From Promethearchaeota archaeon (GTDB lineage: Archaea; Asgardarchaeota; Lokiarchaeia; Sigyniarchaeales; SOKP01), in assembly GCA_016839745.1 (NCBI GenBank), contig JAEOTS010000072.1, forward strand, positions 1 to 28,916: DNA of 28,916 nt, written 5' to 3'. Positions 15,956 through 24,965 of this stretch are shown here, piece after piece. The notes beneath the pieces were generated by a model. It did not search any database. It was not told the DNA's origin and was given only the letters and a program-made list of their open reading frames with translations. The translations under genes were made by a program, and so were the position numbers. Each line of letters begins with the position of its first letter. Position 1 is the stretch's first letter.

Positions 15956-16987
15956 ATGAATTATTTTCCAACTTCTTTGATTTTCATAGGTTATTCCGTT
16001 TTGACATTCATTTATGTAATAAAAAATAGAACTGAAAAGATCAAAAACCACTTATTCTTAAACGAGATATTAATAGCAACCTTATTCTTAATGGCAGGGA
16101 TTCTTTTTCCTTTTATGTTTCAATATAATTCACGACTTTTGCCATTAGACTCATTGAATTTCTTATGGTTTTTAACTTCTTTGATATTTTTAATTGAGAT
16201 GGGCGTATGGATAGCCACCTTGCTTTATAATGCTATTATTTCTAAAAAAAATCCTGAAATTATGGCCGAAAGGGATTATAATGATTATTGTACTGAAGTG
16301 AAGAATAGATGGATTGACGATTTTAAGAGCGAATTCGGGAGGAAATTTTTACATTTATTTACTACATTTGTTATTCTTTTTTTTTGGTCGTTAGGGACCA
16401 TACTTGATAATTTAGGCATTTTAATCCAATGGAATTTAGATAATTATAGCTTTTCTCATTGGTTAATAATTACGATAGGATTAGGGTTTGTTATAATGTT
16501 CCAAGTTGCTGATCTTGCGCGTTTAAATAAATTCTATATGCTTCCAAATTGGGCTAAGCGCTGGTTTTTATCGATGAGGCCTGAGGAGCTTAATACTTTT
16601 GTTGCTTCAACCCCTCTCGTTTTGTCTTTAATACCTTTCATTTTTGCTCCATTCCCGATTTTGGCTTCAGTCGCATTAATAACCACGGGAGCTGATGCTG
16701 CCGCCTGTCTTATAGGTAAAAAGTACGGGACTCATAGGCTTAAGAAAGATTCTAAAAAAACTATAGAAGGATTTATAACCGGAGGTGTAACTGCATTTTT
16801 AATAGTTTTAATAGTGATGAACTTGTATCATGTTTGGATGCCCGTAAGTTTTGCAAAAATCCTTTTTATGGCTATAGTATCAACAAGCTTATTTTTATTA
16901 GTCGATTTCTTTGCAAACCATGTTTCGGATAATATTTTAAATCCGATTTTGACTGGTTTTGGTATGTGGTTAATCTTATTATTATAA
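15956..16987 (+). CDS. CTP-dependent polyprenol/dolichol/phytol kinase family membrane protein (second paralogue)
   Basis: Multi-TM protein with RKFLH, ADAAACLIGKKYG, KKTIEG and SDNILNP motifs. Confidence 0.85.
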   Translation: MNYFPTSLIFIGYSVLTFIYVIKNRTEKIKNHLFLNEILIATLFLMAGILFPFMFQYNSRLLPLDSLNFLWFLTSLIFLIEMGVWIATLLYNAIISKKNPEIMAERDYNDYCTEVKNRWIDDFKSEFGRKFLHLFTTFVILFFWSLGTILDNLGILIQWNLDNYSFSHWLIITIGLGFVIMFQVADLARLNKFYMLPNWAKRWFLSMRPEELNTFVASTPLVLSLIPFIFAPFPILASVALITTGADAAACLIGKKYGTHRLKKDSKKTIEGFITGGVTAFLIVLIVMNLYHVWMPVSFAKILFMAIVSTSLFLLVDFFANHVSDNILNPILTGFGMWLILLL

Positions 16988-16996
16988 TTTTTTTTT
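16988..16996 (+). terminator. Oligo-T terminator
   Basis: T9 immediately after the stop codon, between convergent genes. Confidence 0.45.
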
Positions 16997-17000
16997 AAGA

Positions 17001-17294
17001 CTATCCCCCAAAATAAAGATACAAAAAAGCGATGTCATCTCCATCTTTCAAAATCGTTTTTAAGAAATTCTCGTCACGATAACTCTTGCCATTTATGATT
17101 ATTGAAAGGAAGGAACTAAACTCGTTCCTTTTTTTTTTGTCCCAGAGTAATTCATAAAATTTTTCGCCAAAGTGCTCTTTAAAAAATTCTAGTAATTCCT
17201 TTACTGTTAGTTCTTGGTCGAACTTAATGATTTGATTTGTACCTTTCGTAATTTCGTTAAATGGCGGTTCAAACCTAAACTTTAAGGATATCAC
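17001..17294 (-). CDS. MoaD/ThiS/SAMP ubiquitin-like protein
   Basis: 97 aa with a beta-grasp pattern (TVKELL, IIING, LKDGDDIAF) and C-terminal GG. Confidence 0.88.
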   Translation of the reverse strand: MISLKFRFEPPFNEITKGTNQIIKFDQELTVKELLEFFKEHFGEKFYELLWDKKKRNEFSSFLSIIINGKSYRDENFLKTILKDGDDIAFLYLYFGG

Positions 17295-17534
17295 TTTTAG
17301 ACAACTTCCGTACTTTTAAGAAATGCTAAGAAGATTAAATAATTACGATTATTAAATATTGTTGGTAATTATATATAAAAAATTGAATATTTAGTTGTAT
17401 ACACTCAATTAACACCCTTCAATTTAATTGGGGTTTTACCTAATGCAAAGGAATCAGTTTTGTTAAGGTTTTAACAATTAGATTCTAATATTATAAAAAT
17501 AAGATTTTTAATGAATCTATGTAGGTTTAAGAAT

Positions 17535-18542
17535 ATGGCTCAAGTAATATTTATTTCTAAAAAAACTGTTCGTGACGCTTGGCTTTCAGCCGTAGCTCAA
17601 GTTTTATACAATGGAGACGACATTAGAACCGAATATGATAAGAAGCAAGATCCTCCATCCAAAGACGCAACTGTATTAATCGAAATAGAAAATCCAATGA
17701 GTGAACCTATTTCTCGGAAAGATAAAGTAATGAAGATCAGCTCAAAATATGGAAATTCTTTCGAGGTATACGGTTGTATGGCAGATACTTACTTGATAGG
17801 TTCCATACAAAGCGGCTACATTGAAGAAATCATGGAAGGCGCAAGCGATCACTATTTATGGGAGTCGGATACGAGTTTTCCGTATTCGTATTACGATAGA
17901 ATTTTTAATTATACACCTTATTCCTTGGAGGATTCTATCCATGTAAATTACGATTTAGAATTCGTGGATAATAATTTCGTTAAGAAGCACAAAAAACTAT
18001 TGAAAGCAGGTAAAGTTCAAACTTCTGAGGATTCCGTAATCTGGAAATTAAAACACCTAGTTGATTTCGATTTAAACAAAAATATACCGGTCCAGGTAGG
18101 GATTGAAAAAATCCCGATTGAAGTAATCAGTTTCCCAAAAATAGATCAAATAGAATACATTATTAGAAAGCTAAAAGAAAAACCGTACTCACGCAGAGCT
18201 CAAGCAATAACTTGGCGACCACTTGTCGATCCATTTCACATTGATCCTCCTTGTCTTCAGAGGATTTTTATGCGAGTAAAAGATGATAAATTAATCATGC
18301 AAACAACTTGGAGGAGTAGAGATTTGTTTAGAGCATGGGAAGCAAATGTAAATGGAATGATTCGAATCCAGAAGTATGTCGCCGATCAACTTGGATTAGA
18401 GATGGGACATTACTTAGATTTTAGTAACTCTTTGCATATTTACGGTAATACAATATCTGAAGTTAAAGACATGTTTAAGAGAATGAAAAATAGAGGAGAA
18501 GAATTTCCTGAGGAAGTAATTGAGTTATTAGAACAAAAATAA
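17535..18542 (+). CDS. thyA: Archaeal-type thymidylate synthase ThyA with an internal insertion
   Basis: DQIEYII..L, SRRAQAITW, catalytic PPCLQ, WRSRD, AN and SLHIY motifs. Start is either 17511 or 17535. Confidence 0.88.
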   Translation: MAQVIFISKKTVRDAWLSAVAQVLYNGDDIRTEYDKKQDPPSKDATVLIEIENPMSEPISRKDKVMKISSKYGNSFEVYGCMADTYLIGSIQSGYIEEIMEGASDHYLWESDTSFPYSYYDRIFNYTPYSLEDSIHVNYDLEFVDNNFVKKHKKLLKAGKVQTSEDSVIWKLKHLVDFDLNKNIPVQVGIEKIPIEVISFPKIDQIEYIIRKLKEKPYSRRAQAITWRPLVDPFHIDPPCLQRIFMRVKDDKLIMQTTWRSRDLFRAWEANVNGMIRIQKYVADQLGLEMGHYLDFSNSLHIYGNTISEVKDMFKRMKNRGEEFPEEVIELLEQK

Positions 18543-18587
18543 AATTGTAAGAGATTTAAATAAAAATAAAAAAATAAAGAAAATTCT

Positions 18588-20936
18588 TTATGCGTGACAA
18601 AGTCGCTTAAGTAAAGTTGGATCAACTATTTCTTTTGGTTTCCAACCTCTTTGTTTTAAGAAGTCTACAATTTCGTCTTTCATGTTAATAGGAATATCCG
18701 CGTCCACTCGAATAAATTTTTCTAAATCGTTTGGAAAGTCTACCCCTTTATATTTTCGTTCTAAGTCTATCCAGTGCGATAGTTTAATCATTCTACCTTT
18801 TGAGTTATCTGCAGGTCTTAAACACATTTTAGCTACCAAACAAATTGCTTGCTCTATCGATTCTGCTGTAGTTAGTAAATGTTCAGGCCCTGGTCCAACT
18901 AAATGGTCGGCTGTTCCGTCTCTTGCGTTAAAAACTTTCCACGAATCTTCGTTATCAGATCGGCCTATATACGCACGCCGATATTCTGCAGCATGTGGAC
19001 CCACTACGGCAGGAACACCTAACCCATTTGCCATACTTGCTATACTGGCTGCTTTTTGTGACATTGCTCCCCATGCTACACCCACAGCTCCAACCCTATG
19101 CAATATATAATCAGAGATTTCTTCGAAGTTACCCCTTAATGGCCGTCTTGCAAAAATATTCGCCACTTTTATCGCTGCACCCGTAATGTGTGGATTTGAA
19201 ACGCAAGAACCAACATTAACTAAGCCTCCTCTATCAAATTCTCCAGGGAATCTATCATAAAGCGTCTTACCCTCTTCATCTTTCACTAAACCGATATCCA
19301 TGGCTCCACATCCTGAAACTACTACAATGTAATTTCTTACGCAGAATTCTTCAGCTAGCTTATATAGTTCTTGGATATCCTTGCCATAACTAGCGCATCC
19401 AATAATCGCAACTATCCCGGGTATCTCTCCAAGTACTATCGGAGCTCCGACATTTCGTATTTCTGTATCTTGAATTGGACCTCTTCCAACTCTGACATTG
19501 TATTTCTCATTTCTGATTTTATCCCTTCCCGCATACATTATTAGCGTTAATGGTGATACATCTTTCATACAATCAGCTTCACAGCGTCCACAATCTAGAC
19601 AATCGTCAAAAACTTTCTCTAAAACGGAAAAATCACCTTCTTTAGCTAGGTTTACTCCTTCAACAAGAGGTAAATCGTTAGGACAATTACGTTGGCAATT
19701 TCCGCAGCCATTACAATTGTATGCCATTTTAATACAGCCTTCCTCGTCGGGAATACCACTTCGAGATTTTCTAATTGGGTGGACTTTAACTGCCGTTTCA
19801 ACAGCTACCTTTCCTGCCTTTATTGGATCTAAAATTAGTACTCCATCCATTTTACCACTAACTAAATCGTCTATTATTTCTTCAGCAGGATCGTTCGTTC
19901 TATTTGGTAAACCTCCCATATTTTTTTCGTTAGTAGCAATAAATGGAGATCCTACTAGTTTAGCTTGCTCAAAACTGCGAAGATTGACACACTGTTCATC
20001 GACCATGACTACATCTGCCAAACCAGAGCGGATGAAGTGCATTTGTCTAGACATTGAACCAATAACTTTGGCTCCATCGTAATATCTGGTTAAATCTAAA
20101 GCAGTACAACAAATTGCTCCCACATCTATTTTGTCTCCTAAATTTTGTTCACGCATATAATCAACAAGTTCTACTCCAGGAGCAACATTGTGTCCTATCA
20201 TTAATATTGTTGCTTTATTTTCGACATCCATGGTTCCCATACCTAATTCTACAACGGGAACATCAGGATCTCCTGCAGGGAATCCATACGCAGCAATTTG
20301 AACGGCGTCTGATATCTCCATACCAACCGAATCTGCTAATCCAGCAAGAAAACTTTTAGCCTCGTAATCTAAATGAGATGATTCTTGTCCTGTGTGACCT
20401 GATGCGAGTAAATGAGTAATGGTATAATGTACCCATTCCATTGCTGTTTCCAAATCTTCTAATGTTTCAGGTTTCATACCAACAACTAATCGAGTATGAG
20501 GCATCTCAACGGCAATGTTATTACCAAAATTTATTGGAACATTCCCATATTTCTCTTTAAGCCAGTGAAGTAAGTGATCTCCATGAGCTGAATGACAAGA
20601 AGCTCCTATACAACAAGCAATTTCTACTATCCTTGCTTGCTGTGTTTCCATGTTAATTCCACAAGCACCTGTTCTACCCTTCGAAAGATTACATTTTCCG
20701 TACGTACAAAGACAACACATGTCACAAATAGGCATATAGTACGGAGGATATCTATCCATGAGTTTAAAGAACCAATCTCGCAATGTGGGAATATGAGGTT
20801 TAGGGGTTGGCCCCATTGGTTCCCATTCTGTTTCGTCGCCCCAGCTTATCTTACCAGTAGTTAATTCAAAGCCTTTGATTGAACCTAAAGGTCCTTTGTA
20901 TTCATCTATTTTTATTCTAGCACCTTTTTTACTCAT
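18588..20936 (-). CDS. cdhA: Archaeal CO dehydrogenase/acetyl-CoA decarbonylase/synthase complex alpha subunit
   Basis: CDMCCLCTYGKC..GACG; C-cluster ligand motifs GHN, ICCT, DEQC, GCA, SGCG and GSCV; two ferredoxin motifs CNGCGNC..CP and CLDCGRCE..C. Likely ATG at 20936 (track 20945). Confidence 0.95.
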   Translation of the reverse strand: MSKKGARIKIDEYKGPLGSIKGFELTTGKISWGDETEWEPMGPTPKPHIPTLRDWFFKLMDRYPPYYMPICDMCCLCTYGKCNLSKGRTGACGINMETQQARIVEIACCIGASCHSAHGDHLLHWLKEKYGNVPINFGNNIAVEMPHTRLVVGMKPETLEDLETAMEWVHYTITHLLASGHTGQESSHLDYEAKSFLAGLADSVGMEISDAVQIAAYGFPAGDPDVPVVELGMGTMDVENKATILMIGHNVAPGVELVDYMREQNLGDKIDVGAICCTALDLTRYYDGAKVIGSMSRQMHFIRSGLADVVMVDEQCVNLRSFEQAKLVGSPFIATNEKNMGGLPNRTNDPAEEIIDDLVSGKMDGVLILDPIKAGKVAVETAVKVHPIRKSRSGIPDEEGCIKMAYNCNGCGNCQRNCPNDLPLVEGVNLAKEGDFSVLEKVFDDCLDCGRCEADCMKDVSPLTLIMYAGRDKIRNEKYNVRVGRGPIQDTEIRNVGAPIVLGEIPGIVAIIGCASYGKDIQELYKLAEEFCVRNYIVVVSGCGAMDIGLVKDEEGKTLYDRFPGEFDRGGLVNVGSCVSNPHITGAAIKVANIFARRPLRGNFEEISDYILHRVGAVGVAWGAMSQKAASIASMANGLGVPAVVGPHAAEYRRAYIGRSDNEDSWKVFNARDGTADHLVGPGPEHLLTTAESIEQAICLVAKMCLRPADNSKGRMIKLSHWIDLERKYKGVDFPNDLEKFIRVDADIPINMKDEIVDFLKQRGWKPKEIVDPTLLKRLCHA

Positions 20937-21023
20937 CCATTTCACTTCTTTTTTTATAATATAGATCAGAATAATGATTCTTTGTTATAAAAGTCTAATT
21001 AAACGCAAATATAAGTGTTTAAT

Positions 21024-21788
21024 TTAAAAAATCTTAGGAAAAATCCTTCTAGTATTTTCTTCAATTTGACGTTCTAATTCATCTGAATTAATTTCTTTCA
21101 ACATTGAAATAGAATTTAAAATATTTTTAACCATTGCTGGAACGCCTACACTTCCGGAATATTTCACAGGACCATCACTTTCCAAAAGAAGGTGTTCTTT
21201 ATCAACTTTTAAAGCAACTTTCTTTACAGCAGGTGAGTAACTAATTGCTGGAGTAATTGAGAAAAAATATCCTCTGTCTATTCCAAGATTTAAGAATTTT
21301 TCTGGTCCCGAATACCAATGAATGTTGATATTGGGGATATTATATGAGGGTAAGGTATCAAATACTGTCTTTTCAGCACCTTTTGTGTGAAGATTAACTG
21401 GGAGATTCAATTCTTGTGCGAGCAATAACATCTTATCAAAAATTCTTTTTTGAATAGGGTATAGCTCTTTATTTTTTACGAAGTGGTGATCAAGGCCAAT
21501 TTCTCCAATAGCACATATTTTTTGATTGTTATTCCTAATAAAATCTATTATCGAATCTAGCTGTTGTTCTATTTTCTCGTTCATTTTTACTTCTTCAGGA
21601 TGGATTCCTAATGAAGCATAAACCTCATTATATCGCCTGGCGATTTCTAAAACTCTCTCTTGACTTATGGAACTCATTGCTACAGCAATAATTTTCTCAA
21701 CGCCAGCATCACATGCATTTTTAATAACTTGATCAATTGTTAAATATAGGTTAATATGGCAATGGACATCAATTAAAATTTGAACCAC
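21024..21788 (-). CDS. tatD: TatD family deoxyribonuclease
   Basis: IDVHCH, LGIHP, AIGEIGLD, PVNLH, IHWYSG and LLESDGP motifs. Confidence 0.93.
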   Translation of the reverse strand: MVQILIDVHCHINLYLTIDQVIKNACDAGVEKIIAVAMSSISQERVLEIARRYNEVYASLGIHPEEVKMNEKIEQQLDSIIDFIRNNNQKICAIGEIGLDHHFVKNKELYPIQKRIFDKMLLLAQELNLPVNLHTKGAEKTVFDTLPSYNIPNINIHWYSGPEKFLNLGIDRGYFFSITPAISYSPAVKKVALKVDKEHLLLESDGPVKYSGSVGVPAMVKNILNSISMLKEINSDELERQIEENTRRIFPKIF

Positions 21789-21825
21789 CTGTAATACTAA
21801 AATGAGTAAAAGAAAATAAAAGATA

Positions 21826-22161
21826 TTATATTCTATTAATTTCAGCTCTTAAATGAACGATTTTCTTTACTAAATCAAATTTGCTCCTAGGATATTCTTG
21901 GGTATCTAAATAATGCATTAATCGTTCTAATTCTTTTAATAAATAACTTTTTATACCCTCCTTAGTGACATTTCCCAGAATTTTAGGTAATGGCTCAAAT
22001 CGTTCAGATTTTTTTATTCTTAACGCAGAAATCGTTTTTGCCAATTGAGCTTGAAATCCTTTTGACTCGGAAGGATCAGCACCATCAAGCATATCTAGCG
22101 AAGTTTGTAAACCACTAATAAACGATTCTAAATCGCTAATGTCAATCTTATCATCGCTCAT
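21826..22161 (-). CDS. Hypothetical helical protein
   Basis: 111-aa ORF co-oriented with its neighbours; no motif recognised. Confidence 0.7.
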   Translation of the reverse strand: MSDDKIDISDLESFISGLQTSLDMLDGADPSESKGFQAQLAKTISALRIKKSERFEPLPKILGNVTKEGIKSYLLKELERLMHYLDTQEYPRSKFDLVKKIVHLRAEINRI

Positions 22162-22276
22162 AAAAATAAGCTAGTTTGAAATGGTTAATTTTTATATATC
22201 CTAGAAAGAGTTCTATTATTTATAATTCATCATTAAATTAAATTTGAATCGATTCTAATGAGAATAGATTGAAGTA

Positions 22277-23077
22277 CTAATTTAGATCCCTTTTATCCCC
22301 TAAGTAAAATTCTTCAAAAAAGAGATATGCCAAGGAATTTAACGCTTTTTCTCTTAAATCTTCATCATATAGACGAATTGTATCTGAGAACTCTATCTGT
22401 ATTGTTTGACTCTCTTTAATTCGACTTGCTCCATATTGTTGTATTATATATCCGCCTGTTAAAACATATTCTCGCCCATTATGATGACCTGGAGCGATTG
22501 GGATGTTTATCTCATTGAATTTTCTTACTATTTTACCCCGAAAATTTTTACCCCTGTCTTTCTTGGGTAATTTCTTTGGAAACATAGAATCTAAATTGTT
22601 AGTACCCAAAACCAATTCTACATCTCGAAATCCTATTGGCCTCTTTGCTTTTTCAAATCCGTGAATATCGATGAGTAAGGATCGTCCAAAATTGTTTATA
22701 TTGTAATTAATTAACCTATATATCTTATTATGATAAGATCGGTAAATTCTTTTGGCCAGACTTGATTTTAAGAAATAAGCTTCTGATTCCTTTCTATTAA
22801 AATCTATTTTGGCTCTTTGAATTTTTGAAATAAGATAAGAAGGCGTTCTTGTATCTTTGGAAGCTAACTGGAAAAGCTCATTAATTTTTTGTATTAAATC
22901 AATTGTTAATCCCACAGTATCCTTGTCTACTCCATAAATACCACTCATCCTATCAGGTATATTATCAAATTTATTAGTCCCCCCATGAGGAACTGAAAAA
23001 ATTAAAGGGATTGTTCCTCTTTTACATTCGACATAATCATTAATATTAACAAAAATCACCTTTAGTTCAGAATGCAA
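22277..23077 (-). CDS. N-formylglutamate amidohydrolase-like Zn-dependent hydrolase
   Basis: SVPHGG, D..T, DFNR, YH, LLIDIHGF and IQIEF motifs. Confidence 0.8.
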   Translation of the reverse strand: MHSELKVIFVNINDYVECKRGTIPLIFSVPHGGTNKFDNIPDRMSGIYGVDKDTVGLTIDLIQKINELFQLASKDTRTPSYLISKIQRAKIDFNRKESEAYFLKSSLAKRIYRSYHNKIYRLINYNINNFGRSLLIDIHGFEKAKRPIGFRDVELVLGTNNLDSMFPKKLPKKDRGKNFRGKIVRKFNEINIPIAPGHHNGREYVLTGGYIIQQYGASRIKESQTIQIEFSDTIRLYDEDLREKALNSLAYLFFEEFYLGDKRDLN

Positions 23078-23125
23078 TATATAGTAAAAAAAGAATTAAA
23101 ATATAAAAAAATAGATTTAGGTATA

Positions 23126-23575
23126 TTATGTTATTGTTAAAGCACGGAGTATCATAAACACAACAATCCACAATGTAAAAGCTATATTCCCAAATACATG
23201 ATAGGTCCAAATCCTTTTATCTTTGACAAAGACTTCGTGACAAAAGATCCAAGACACAGTTCCACCAAAAGTGCCAATTATTAGATCAGTTGTAATATTT
23301 TGCCAACTATCGGGGCGACCTTCGAATTTCCAACCGAGATCGATAAATAAGAAATTTTCTAAAGCTTCCCAAAGGAGAAGAATCATTATCGTTACAATGA
23401 AAACAAAGAGTAATGAAAATATAGGTGTTTTTCCTCTGTGTTTTGGTATAGTATAAAATAAACTAAAAAAAAGGAACACGGCAATTCCAAAGCAGAGATG
23501 TCCGATTGAATAAAAATCAAACCAGGCAATACCCACCATAGAAGGGTCTGTAGCAATTAAATCTACAAAAAGCAT
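23126..23575 (-). CDS. Membrane protein with a putative intramembrane metal site (VanZ/DUF2238-like pattern)
   Basis: About 4 TM segments with D.YSIGH, WEALE and DSWQN..TD motifs. Confidence 0.65.
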   Translation of the reverse strand: MLFVDLIATDPSMVGIAWFDFYSIGHLCFGIAVFLFFSLFYTIPKHRGKTPIFSLLFVFIVTIMILLLWEALENFLFIDLGWKFEGRPDSWQNITTDLIIGTFGGTVSWIFCHEVFVKDKRIWTYHVFGNIAFTLWIVVFMILRALTIT

Positions 23576-23669
23576 ATTTTTTTCACATTTTGTTTTTGTT
23601 AATATCTTTTTGATTTATATTTTTAATTATGATAGATTCTATATTCTAAGTAAAACAAGATGTTTTTAT

Positions 23670-24965
23670 GTGTTAGCTTTGCGAAAAAAAGTTGCATTTG
23701 TAGTTTTTTATCAGAAACAAAATATCTACAGCTTTAATGCGCTAATTGCTGCTATAGAAACGAAACACAAACTAAATGACATTGAAGTTTTCTTTATTCG
23801 TGGTTATGAGAACCTCTATAACGATTTAGAAAAAATAAAAGATTCTCACAGAAGTACTATATTAGGGATCTCCTTTTTTACTACTCAATTATGGGAGATC
23901 AGAGATTTAGTCAAATCTTTACGAGACAAATATAAGGATAGTGTAATATTTATTGCAGGAGGACCACACCCAACTGGAGATCCCGAAGGAACTCTTAAAA
24001 TGGGTTTTGATTTAGTTGTGAGGGGAGAGGGGGAAGAAACTTTAATTGATATTCTTTTTAACATTAAGAATAATAAAGACTATAATGATGTTAAAGGAAT
24101 TGCTTATTTAGGGAAAGATAATAAACTAATTTTAACTAAAAAGAGGAAATGGATCGATTTAAATAAATATCCTCCTTTACCAAGTAAACACATTAAATAT
24201 GGAGCTATTGAAATAACTAGAGGTTGTCCTTATGTGTGCTATTTTTGTCAAACACCTTATATTTTAGGAACCGTTCCAAGACATAGAAGTATCAAATCTA
24301 TATGTGGTGCTGTTAGGATTATGAAGGAATATGAGAAAACTGACATTAGATTTATAACTCCTAATGCCTTTTCTTATGGTTCTCATGACGGGAAAACACT
24401 TAATCTTCCCGAATTAGAACGATTATTAATTAATATTAAAAAGATAGTTGAACCTGAAGGGAGGATTTATTTTGGATCTTTTCCTTCTGAGGTTAGACCT
24501 GAGCACGTAACAGAAGAAACATTAGGATTAGTTTTAAAATATGCTGCTAATGACAACATCGTAATTGGTGCTCAATCTGGGAGTCAAAAGATATTAAATT
24601 CATGTAATAGAGGCCATTCAGTTGATGATGTTTATAATGCAGTAGAATTAACAATAAAAACTGGGCTAATCGCAAATGTAGACTTTATTTTTAACTTGCC
24701 TAATGAAACCGATGATGATATAAATCTTACTATACATTCTATGAAGGAGTTGTCAGATATGGGAGCAATAATACATACACACTCCTTTATGCCCTTACCA
24801 CTTACAGCATTTGCAAATGAAACTGTAAAAGAAATTGACGAAAAAACTAGAAAGATCATCTCAGAATTAAGCTCAAAAGGATTGGCTTACGGAGATTGGA
24901 AAAAACAGGAAAAAGTAGCAAAAAATATAGCCAGTTATTTTAAATTGAAGAAATTAAGCGATTGA
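23670..24965 (+). CDS. B12-binding domain radical SAM protein (TIGR04013/MJ1487-like)
   Basis: AGGPHPTG and VRGEGE (B12-binding domain), EITRGCPYVCYFC (CxxxCxxC), RFITPNAFSYGS and FPSEVRPE. Start is probably GTG 23670 or TTG 23679 (track 23610). Confidence 0.88.
   Translation: MLALRKKVAFVVFYQKQNIYSFNALIAAIETKHKLNDIEVFFIRGYENLYNDLEKIKDSHRSTILGISFFTTQLWEIRDLVKSLRDKYKDSVIFIAGGPHPTGDPEGTLKMGFDLVVRGEGEETLIDILFNIKNNKDYNDVKGIAYLGKDNKLILTKKRKWIDLNKYPPLPSKHIKYGAIEITRGCPYVCYFCQTPYILGTVPRHRSIKSICGAVRIMKEYEKTDIRFITPNAFSYGSHDGKTLNLPELERLLINIKKIVEPEGRIYFGSFPSEVRPEHVTEETLGLVLKYAANDNIVIGAQSGSQKILNSCNRGHSVDDVYNAVELTIKTGLIANVDFIFNLPNETDDDINLTIHSMKELSDMGAIIHTHSFMPLPLTAFANETVKEIDEKTRKIISELSSKGLAYGDWKKQEKVAKNIASYFKLKKLSD

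Noticed and set aside
17913-18140. Intein in ThyA
   Set aside because: No C/S...HN-C/S/T splice junction motifs, and the insert is too short.
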